NCBI RefSeq assembly: GCF_001194135.2
Contig: NC_068985.1
Span: forward strand, 42,748,484 to 42,792,104
DNA: 43,621 nt
Direction: 5' to 3'
DNA from: Octopus bimaculoides
Taxonomy: Eukaryota
The position numbers and the translations under genes were made by a program. The notes beneath the pieces are model-generated. The model did not search any database, was not told where the DNA came from, and saw nothing but the letters and a program-made list of their open reading frames with translations. Shown piece by piece: positions 1-10,100 of this stretch (the first letter of the stretch is position 1; every line of letters begins with the position of its first letter).

Positions 1-720
1 CACCCTACCCCCCCGTGTGGGGGGAGGGGGTCCAAAATTAAAAAATAAAAAAGTTACAGCCATTTTCCCTCAGTGTCTAATTCCAATGTCCACCCCTTTT
101 TTTTTTATACATGAAAGCTATATAAAAGACCGTTTACAGCGTTGACAGGTATGTACTGAATCGGCCTGGGAATTATGTTAAGGAAACACGTGTCGAATGG
201 AATGTACAGCCATTTACCCGTTAGTTCAGAAGCAGATCGAACAACTGAATCTTTGTCGAACGACAAAGGTATATATTTATATATGGTGACTATTAAATAT
301 TACCAATTAGATAATACTACGATAATTACTAAAGTTTAATTACACTATAAGAATATTAATAAGACAACAAAAATAATTAACAGGGAGAGAATTATTGGAG
401 AATTGATGATAAACAAAACAGAGAATGCAAGAAAGAGAAGTAAATTGAAAGGATCAGATGAGAGAGCATTTCTAAGTAATAATGTTAGATTGCACTGGAT
501 TAAAGGATCTTTATTATAAGAGATAACTAGAAGTTAATGATTGATACATGTTTATAAGTTGCATTTTTAATCTTAAGTCATCACGTGGAACTAATTACAG
601 CCATAATCAAGTAACGCTCGCTGAATTTTTGTGTTTTCTACATTGATATAAAATTACATTTTCAATGACTTTTAATCTAAATATATTAGATAGATGAAAT
701 AATAGCAAAAAAAAATTACC

Positions 721-1260
721 TTCGTCAATTCTGATCAGCAAAAAAAAACAGAAGAATCTAAAGAATCTATATGTTTCGTTCACAACTCTATCGACCGGTG
801 TAACACAAACTCATATTCCTATTCCGATAAACGACTGCAATGAAATATGTCAGAGTTATCTTCTGATTTTGTTTTTGAGTTTTCCTATCAGCTTTTTTCA
901 ATAATTTTATTCGATTGTCATTAGAATTATTTCATATGGTTAAAATAACAGACGAAAGTAAAGAATATGCACACCGGTGTTTAGGGTTAGGGGTTAGGGT
1001 TAGATCAAGCAGATCGTGAAGAAGTTATAGAGAATATTTTATGTTGCATTTTTAGATTTAGTCGAGTTTCGTTCTTTCATATCGTGTGCCAGTTTCGCTG
1101 ATCCTCTTTCAATTACGTCGAAAACGGGTGGTGCGCGTATTCTTTACCTCCGCCAAATAACATTAAAAAAGGCCGTTCGTTGACTTTTACCAAGATCGAA
1201 TATCACTAACATAGGCGTTTCTGTGAATCAATGGTGGTGGTAGGGAATCGATAGATGGGG
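721..1260. promoter_or_regulatory. CpG-retaining putative promoter/5' region of the STK31-like gene
   Basis: 25 CpG counted in 540 bp against about 4 in the 1.9-kb intronic LINE at 3936-5850; lies upstream of the first visible coding exon. TSS not identifiable. Confidence 0.45.
981..1003 (+). repeat. Short interstitial telomere-like repeat
   Basis: TTAGGG TTAGGGG TTAGGG TTAG, preceded by the perfect palindrome ACACCGGTGT (971-980). Confidence 0.8.
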
Positions 1261-1477
1261 CAAAATGAGTTGTTTCTGATTTCTTCCTACCTATTTAAAA
1301 TCATTATATTGAGAGTATTGCTTCATTATTTTACACTGTTGTTTCATCTTTGAGAGTAAAAGATGGTCAGCATAGTTGTTGTTGAAGTTGAGAGAATACA
1401 GTTCTATATTTAAGAGATGAGGAATTATGTACATTATTTACATTTGATGGATATTTGTCCTCATCCTGTTTGTTGTT

Positions 1478-1520
1478 AACACGTTTCGGCTGATATACCC
1501 TCCAGCCTTCATCAGGTGTC
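1478..1520 (-). ncRNA. Minimal hammerhead ribozyme motif (degenerate) in a Penelope-type/SINE-like repeat
   Basis: Minus strand: GACAC CTGATGA A GGCTG-GAGGGTATAT-CAGCC GAAAC GTGTT. Core boxes, stem II and stem I pairing are present, but there is no room for the NUH cleavage triplet. Confidence 0.65.
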
Positions 1521-1539
1521 TTGGGGGAATTTCGAACCT

Positions 1540-1823
1540 GGGTTCTCATTCCTAAGGTATTTTTCGATGTTGTTATTATTATTAATATCATCATCATTAT
1601 TATTATTCAGGTCACTGCCTGGAATCGAACTCGGAATCTTGGGGTTAGTAGCCCGCGCTCTTAACCACTACGCCATATGCGCGGGTTCTCATTCCTAAGG
1701 TATTTTTCGATGTTGTCGTTATTATTATTATTATTATTATTATTCAGGTCACTGCCTGGAATCGAACTCGGAATATTTGGATTAGTAGCCCGCGCTCTTA
1801 ACCACTTCGCCATATGCCTGGGC
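1540..1823 (-). mobile_element. Tandem duplication (about 140-bp unit x2) of a tRNA-derived SINE-like head plus (AAT)n linker
   Basis: Units start at 1540 and 1683. Minus strand has A box TGGCGTAGTGG (1665-1675) and B box GTTCGATTCC (1621-1630), repeated in the second unit. No acceptor stem. Confidence 0.8.

Positions 1824-1866
<43 letters not shown>
1824..1866. repeat. (AAT)n microsatellite running into the gap
   Basis: Direct reading. Confidence 0.95.
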
Positions 1867-1966
1867 NNNNNNNNNNNNNNNNNNNNNNNNNNNNNNNNNN
1901 NNNNNNNNNNNNNNNNNNNNNNNNNNNNNNNNNNNNNNNNNNNNNNNNNNNNNNNNNNNNNNNNNN
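1867..1966. other. Assembly gap, 100 N (a round number typical of gaps of unknown length)
   Basis: Direct reading. Confidence 0.98.
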
Positions 1967-2261
1967 GTAAATCTTGAGATTAACACCCGCACGATTACCT
2001 ACCTAACCCTAACACTTTTAAATTTGAAACTTTCAGGTTAGTGGGTCATGGAAGGATTACAGGGGGTATGAACTTGGCAGTTCATTTTAGACTGATGAGA
2101 TAGGTGACAGTTGACGTTCAGCTGGACTATATGTAAGTCAATATTGGCTGAAATAATCTAGGCAAAGAACTGATGATTTATTTTGAAACTTACATTTAGA
2201 AAAATAAAATATAATATGAATTGTGTTTTTTATCACTGATTTATACATCTTTTTCTAACAG

Positions 2262-2350
2262 AAAAATGTTGGTCGTCTGTTTTCTAAGTTTGGAGAAATC
2301 CAGTCCATAATGGTTAGAGATGACAACAATACCCCAGGCACTAAAATTTC
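2262..2350 (+). CDS. STK31: Exon 1 of model: RRM helix 1/beta2
   Basis: ttttctaacAG / GTaagt; KNVGRLFSKFGEIQSIMVRDDNNTPGTKI(S); phase 0-2. Confidence 0.85.
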
Positions 2351-5300
2351 GTAAGTGGTATTTTTTTGTCTTCTAAGTAATATTTTACACTTAAATTTTA
2401 GGTTATTGAAATAAAGGTTGAAAATATTTTTAGGTTTAAAAATTATGACTGTTTAGTGTAGCATAATGTCTTGATGGATTCTTAATAAAATAACTACAAT
2501 TGCATTATATTTTAACCAGATATATATAGGGCTAAAAGAGTAGATTATACAAACATTTTCGAAAGATATTTGTTGATTTATTATGAAACTAACTAAAAAT
2601 GTTTATATTTCAAGAAAGAGATAATGTGTATCTGATTTAAGATACTTAACTCTTTCAGAGATTATCTTTTCAGATTCATTGATTTTGGTCTTTTTTTTTT
2701 TTTTTGTTATTTAAAACATCAGTATATAATTTGGGCCTAGAATCTACTAATAGATGTATTTACAGGAGATATAAAGATGTTCAAAACTTAAGATCTAACA
2801 AGGCAGCACCAACATCCTCTCAACGATTAGCCAGAGAAGATCTTTAAAATGAGAATATCTGAAATAAACTTGACTGCTCTCACAAGCAAGAATACTAAAA
2901 ATGACCCGAACCCCTTTCAAAAATTAAGTAAAAAAAAAAACAGAAAAATAATCCAGAATCCTTGTCCAGTACCTGATCAATTCCCAAATCTAATTAGTTT
3001 GTGCCAGTCACGAGGCCAAACATCCCTGAAAGTTTCATCCAAATCCATCCAACGGTTCTTGAGATATCTTGTCCACAGACAAAATAAACAAACATGGCTG
3101 AAAACAATACCTCCGCTTTAGCTAAGGCGAAGGTAATAAACAATAACAAATAAATTCTAGGTAACTAAGCATTGTGGATGGTTGCTAGGGCATGTTTTTG
3201 CGATGTTTGCAGAATCTTCAACTGATCATCTATCTGTCATAAGCGCAACATGGTTCACAATTCTGCATAGCTTGTTATTCCAGATCAGCAATGAATGAAT
3301 CTGTAATAAACAAAGGCTATGTGTATTAAGAATTATTAACTAAGTGGAACATTAACCAACTGGTGATGAGTTAAGCAAGAAACTGAAGAGTTTATTTGAA
3401 CATTCAAGAAGTATTTTTTCAGTATTATGTATTATGAATCAGAAGTTCAAGCTCTTTACTGTACTAATTAACTACTTGTATTAATAAACTATTTATAATT
3501 TATATGACTATGTTTGTATATTACGTATATAAGGAGTTTTGAATTCCTCTGTTATTGACTATATTGTTGCTAATAGCTAAGGTAGCAAGAAGAAGCAAGT
3601 AAGCTTATGATAATATTTAGTGCCTGTATTTTAACTTTGAGAAATCACAAGTTTCAAAAAATAAAAACAATGTATTTTATATTTTTTCCTATATTCTAAT
3701 CCTATTATTTGTCTTCAGTTTTCCACATCTATGATTTCTTTTAGCTATGTTCGCTTTTATTGTGATGAAGATTCCAAGAAAGCTGTAGATGAATGTAATG
3801 GCTGTGATGTTGATGGAAACACCATTGTAGTAAGACGTACAGGAAAAAATGATAAAAGACACAGGTGAATACAATAAAATTATTAGATATTGTTATTCCT
3901 TTCTGAACTATTAAAGTACTGTAAACTAACTGCATTTCATCATCACCTTTGCTATCTTCATTTTATGTCTGTTTTTGTATGCTTACACATGGACAGATCA
4001 TCTCAAGCACTGTCTCACTTCTTATAATCACTCCTTATATCTTTGTTAGATTGAGCATTCTGAAGTCATCTTTCATCTCTTGTCTTCCTCATTGTTCCTT
4101 TCCTGCAGTTTCCTTCTACTTGGGACTTCTTTACTTGAATGTCTGTACCAATGCAGTTTTCTCTTTGGCACATTGCATCTGACTCTTCTTATACTTAGGT
4201 TTTCTTTCATCTCATTTGTACTGTGTTACTCATACAAGCTTCTCTCAATTCTTTGAAGCCTTCACACATCCTCCATATTTAATGCACACGTTTTGCTACT
4301 GTGCAATATTGCATTGATACACAAGCATCAAACAATATGTCCTTCACTGGGAGAGTGAATCTTGTATCAGCAGAAGTAATTGCTCCCTGAATTTTTCCCA
4401 GACCATTCTTATTCTGGCTATTCTTTTGGAACATCTACTTTTACTATCAGCTCAGTCACCTAACCAACCTGTAATTCTACTATACTTTGTGCACTATAGT
4501 TTACATTAGGTACACCATAATGAAATAATTACCTTCCCATTTTTTGCTTATGAAAGGGCTTTAAGTTCTGTCTTCTTTCCAGTGATTAAAGCATTGAGTC
4601 TAGGTTTTACTTTCACACATGAAATTGTTTCTGAATCTTCAACAGACTCAGCTATAAGTACTAGATCAGCAGCATACAGGAGGAATTCTTATATACAGCT
4701 GGTCTTAAATTCCCTTGTAATGGTTTGAAGAACTACAATAAACAGAAGGTGGCTGAGAACCAAGCCCTGATGGCTATCTATCTACACACTAAATTCCTTG
4801 CTGAAATCTGCTGTTAGCATACCTGGAAAAAGCTTAAAAGCCATGTCACTCAAACCTAGTTTTCTAGTGACCATCAAATTACAGACCCTGTAACTTGATT
4901 GTCAAAGCCTTTTTTTAAGGTCATGAATACTAAGTATTGTGCTTTTGTCTTAGCTAAGACCTTTTGTAGTCGTATCACTAGGAATACAGCCTTGGTTGTA
5001 AATTGTCCTCTCTTAAACCCAAATTGCATCTCATCTAATTTAATTTTCTTAATTCTGCTAAAACTCTTTTAGAACCAGTTACTTTCAAAACCTGGCCCAT
5101 CAGTTTGATGCTTCTTTGTAGAGTGTGTCTTCTTTGCCCTAGTAGCAGTTGATGCTTATACTGCTGTCCCAGTTATTAAGTGTGACCCCTCCCTTCTACC
5201 TGATTTTCTATGTAAATGACATGTTCTACTTTGCTGGATATCTTTCACTTTTCAGTGACTATTCCTGGTCGTTCAGTTGCTTTCTCTGTCTTCATATCCT

Positions 5301-6918
5301 TAATTGTGCTTTATTACATATAACTGTCAACTTTAATTGCTGGTCTCCTTGTTGGATCTCCTTCCTCTTTTCCCCATTCTTAAAACTCAGAAGCTTCTCA
5401 ATAACATTTCCATGTCTCTTTCTTTTTGGTGTCAGTGATGGTAAATGCACTGTTATCATTCTAAATACAGATTTCATCAACACTTTCTTGCTTTGTATTG
5501 ATACACTGCCTTGCAATCTGGAAGATCTGCATCTAGTCCTCTTACTGTCAGCTCCTCTCCATGCTATGTATACATAGTATTCAGTATCTCTTGTAGCAAC
5601 TTTGCTTGCAGCAGTTCACCTCATAGAAATCTCCCAGTTGTATGTTATGTTATCACTCTTTTTCTCCCACATTTTATCACAAATGCCAACTACAGCTTCT
5701 TTGAACCTAAGTCTGGTCAAAGAATCAGTCAGCTTCTGTTGTACCATCCTTCTCATGATTGTCTTGTTTCAATAAGTCTATTTAGTTCTTATCTTGAAGT
5801 TGCTGATCATTTATTTATGTTAACCGGTACATTCTTCACAAGGGGAAAGACTTAGTATTTACATCATCATTTAATGTCCCTTTTACCATGCTGGCATGGG
5901 TTAAACAGTTTGACAGGAACTAATGAGCTAGAGGGCTGTGCTAGCTTCAGTGTCTGTTGGTATAGTTTCTACAGCTGGATGCCCTTCCTAATGTCAGTCA
6001 CTTCATAGAGTGTACAGGGTTTTTATTTTTTCTGCCACAAACACTGGTGAGGTCAGCAAATACTCAGACAAAACCTCTCAACTGAGTGGGTTATAGTGTA
6101 GGGATATGAAAGTATAATAGAAGGCAAGGAGCAGGTGTCTTGCTGAAGAGATGAATACATAACTTCCTTATCTGGAAAGAGAAAGAGCTATGAGATCAAG
6201 GTACAAGGGAATATGAAAGTCAAAGACTAGGGATAGAGGAACAGAAAAGGTGGGTTGGTAAGTGAACAAGAATGAAAAGAATGTGATAGAGGATTAGAAA
6301 TGAAGATTTTTAAATAACATATTGAGATATTGTTGTATAGATACATCACTTTTCTTTGTTCACTGAGAAAACTGGATGTAGATGAATGTCTTGGAAATAT
6401 CCAAGGCTGTGTTTACAGGTGCTCTAAGGAAGGTTAAGTTTGGCAGCAAATACGTTGATGAACATAGAGGTTCATTTTGGTTCTGTTTATAGCTTTTTAC
6501 TATTCATTATAGTTCCTGCAGCTATAATTTTGGAATTTAAGATGTGAAGAAAGAGGTTTGATCTTATGATACTGGCCCACAAGAAAGATGACAAATAGTA
6601 ATATTATGTCCTGTTATTTGTATTTATGTAACATTCTCTGTTTTTTTTCCCATCTTTGTTTTTGTATACATTCACTGCTTTCTTCCAAGGAATCTAATGC
6701 ATTCACCTTAGTTTTTCCTTGGAACTGGCCAGTTTGGAGCAATCACGAATATAACCAGCTGAAATTGCAAAGATAATCTGGAACTCGACTGAGGAAAGAA
6801 AACTCTGAATGACCCGTCCTTGTTTTCTTTGTATCATCTGTCTGAATGTTTTGTTGTCCCTTTTTTTGTATCACCTAATTGTCAGGATGTTTTGTGTTCT
6901 TGTCCCATTTTGTATAAT

Positions 6919-6975
<57 letters not shown>

Positions 6976-7094
6976 CATTATTATTTAACATCCACTTTTC
7001 TATTCTTGCATGGGTTAGAGAGAATTTGTTATGCCTTTACCTGTTTCGAAGCAAGGTAATATTTCTCTATGGCCAGGCATGTATGGCAAGGGGT

Positions 7095-7129
<35 letters not shown>

Positions 7130-10100
7130 TGTATGTATGTACATATATGTAAGTGAACTTTAAGTTAGTTAAAATATGTTTGTGACATATTTCAGCTTCT
7201 AAAGGCAAATTCACTGCAGTTACCATGGAGAAAAAAAATTCTCTCTCATGGTAAAAAGGTGTAAAAACACCATATCTGTCTCTTACTTCCCCCTGTTGGA
7301 TTCCCAGATGCGTTTCTAACTCTTTAGCCATTATCAATGGGAAATACTGAATAGAGGCAACTCTGGACAGACTTAATTAAAGCTGTAGCTTTAGCTAAAA
7401 CACAGTCAGCAGCATTGACTAACGGGCTTCTTTCAGTTTCTGTCTATCAAATCCACTTAGAAGCTTTGGTCAACCAGAGCCTATAGTAGAAGACACTTAC
7501 CCAAAGTGCTGCACAGTGTGACTGAACCTGAGACAACATGGTTGGGAAGCAAGCTTCTTCCCCATACAACCATACCTGTGTATACACACACAAATGCATG
7601 CATGCTGTATTCAATCCATGTCAGTATTTAATGGGTTAAAATGAAAATTAATTATTGAGGTTTGTCTAAATATATGTAATTCTGATACAAATATCTATGA
7701 TTTAAATATTTTATAATCAAAATATTTCCAAAGTGTGCTATTAAGACATAACATTTTTTTTTCTTCCAAATATTTGTTTCTTTTTATTAGAAAACCTGGA
7801 GAGAAATTCCAATCTGTAGGAATGAAGTCAGAGAAAAAAAATGATAGAATTTCAAATAGAGGACCAGATATAGGTAAAAGGATTTATGTTTGAGTTATTT
7901 TATATCTTCTTGTAGATTCCAGTGCCATGTTTGGATCACAAATTATAGGGAAAACGCAATTTATGAAATTGTTCCTTAAAACTCTAAATTTTGTCTGTCA
8001 ATGTTTTCAAAAGATGTTTTCTTTCATATTTTTATAGCTGCAACATTTTGATAATTATTATAAAAAATATAGCAAATAAATAGATAAAATAAACCAAAAT
8101 ATTTGTACTGTATTCATAATTTTCATAGAATTTAGAAATAACAAGAGACACTAGCCTATTGTAAATAGGCTAGTGTCTTTTGATAAATGGAATTTTAGTG
8201 TGAATAACCTTTATGGAAGGTGTTATGAACATTTTTAATAATTATTACATTGCAGTAATTAACAGTATATTTTTAAACATAATACTATATTTAAAGGTAT
8301 TTCTGTATACTACAGTAATTAAGGGTGATTAAAGGCATTTGTGGGTAATAGAGCAATTAAAGGTATTTTTATATATTACAATGCTTAACCCTTTAGCATT
8401 TAAATCAGCCATATCTGGCCCAAATATTCTACATGTTTTATGTTCAAATCAGCTACATTCCTTCCCTGATACCTACCCTACAATGTCATTTTAAAAATAT
8501 GCAATCATATCAAAATTTTGAAGCTACAAGATAATGCATGATTATTCAAAATGTGAATAAATAGGCATTACATTTGATAGAGTTATCTAAATGCTAAAGG
8601 GTTAAGGATTTATGCTTATATTACAATGATTAAGGTTATCTGTATATAGCACTGAAATTAAGAGCATTTGTATATAATACGATTATTAAGGGTATCTGTG
8701 TATAATAGAAGTTTTAAAATACTACACATGAAAATTAAGAACGTAGAGGAGAATATATTTTGTTGTTGGCAAAAATGTAGAGATATTATAACTGAAGACT
8801 AAGTAGTTGTTCTAGAGTTTGGGTTTATGTTATTGAAAGGTATTTTGTTTACAAGCATAAGTTACAATTTCACAGGTATGGCAATGTAAATAGAATCCCA
8901 GTTATAGTGATAGATGTATAATATTTGTAGACAAGGAAAATGTAGAAGTGTAATTTTATAGTTATACCAGTTGAAACCCTTATCCAGTTGGTAGGTATTT
9001 GGATATTAATGTGTGTTAAAAATGCACAATTGTTTTATTTATATGAAGTGTATCAATGACTTTTGTATAGTTCCATATGAAGATCGACCAAATCGGCACA
9101 CAGGAACCAATAGGCCAGATGGAAAGAATTCACGATGTAGCCAGTCATCACCAGAAGATCCTGCTGATGTAAGACTACTGAGTTTTTCAATTCTCCATGT
9201 CAGCATGGACAGAATTTTTTTTTCTTTTCTTTCATTTTTCCATGTCAGCATTGGACAAAGTAGTTTCTGAAATATGCAACAGATATTTAGTAATTGGCTA
9301 TGTGATTTTGCTGTCATGGCTTGTGATTTCAGTGGATAGTGTTGGGCAACACCTTGGTGGCTACTTTGATGTACATGCAAGCTATCATTATGGTATATGG
9401 AATTCTGAGGAATCAAGGTTCTTGCAGTTTTGCAATAGAAATGACCTAAGCATTTGCATGTATGGTAATGAAACCTGAGCGTAAAATGAGGACAATATAT
9501 GAAGACTATGAATGATGGAGCACAAAAGAGCTGAGAGAAAAACTTAGTAGCAGAGGAATCAGTTGTAGTATATAAGAGAGAAGACAAGTGTGGTAGAAGT
9601 GCCAAGTAAACCAATGTAGAAAATATCTTCAGAAGAGGAAGTCCAAAGAAGATACAGGAAAAAGTAGTGAAGGCTGAACATCAGAAAAGAAACAACCAAG
9701 AATTGTTTCCTTTTGAGTTCACAACAAAGGTTACAAGTGTTGAGACTTATCTAACCTTTGCAAGCATAGAAAAACATGTGTAAAATGCTGTTTCTGTTGC
9801 TGAGGAATTATGAAGGAGTACTGAAAGTTCTTGTTTTAAGGGTGTCGCAAAAGGCCTGGTTGGAGGCCCAACCTTCCAAGTTCTTTTACAGGTCTTAGAA
9901 AAACTGAAGGATCACTGCAATAAGAAATATATCTTTGTGTATATTTGTATCCATATAAGTTACAGTATCCATGGTCTGATCAATAAATATCTGGACTATC
10001 GCCATAGTAATAATGGTTATGGCATACAAAGTGAAACCGCTTGGTACAGATTGACCTCAAACTCTGCTGTCTATGTGCACTAAGTTTTAACGTTCTAGCT

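Noticed and set aside
981-1003. True telomere or chromosome end
   Set aside because: Only about four imperfect units, with unique sequence on both sides.
1144-1157. E2F site (TTTGGCGG on minus)
   Set aside because: A single short match that also resembles a repeat terminus; not supportable from sequence alone.
1607-1823. Two tRNA genes on the minus strand
   Set aside because: A and B boxes and an anticodon-like loop are present, but the acceptor stem does not pair and the T stem is imperfect; these are SINE heads.
1367-1992. ORFs of 60-97 aa in the ORF track
   Set aside because: They translate microsatellites, SINE heads and Ns; low-complexity Leu/Ile/Asn/Tyr runs.
2091-2132. Coding first exon (strong AG and GTAAGT)
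   Set aside because: The frame compatible with exon 1 has an in-frame TGA; it could only be untranslated.
5149-5855. Hydrophobic plus-strand ORFs (142 and 114 aa) as membrane proteins
   Set aside because: Antisense shadow of the purine-rich RTE LINE.
6780-6825. Third hammerhead (CTGAGGA...TGAATGAC)
   Set aside because: No GAAA box, weak stem II and no stem I pairing.
7220-7271. Two adjacent small hairpins inside a SINE insertion
   Set aside because: Short or imperfect stems are expected by chance in AT-rich DNA; no known RNA motif.
9039-9614. 191-aa minus-strand ORF, the longest in the track
   Set aside because: Antisense to exon 4 and to an RTE remnant; no domain motif or splice context.
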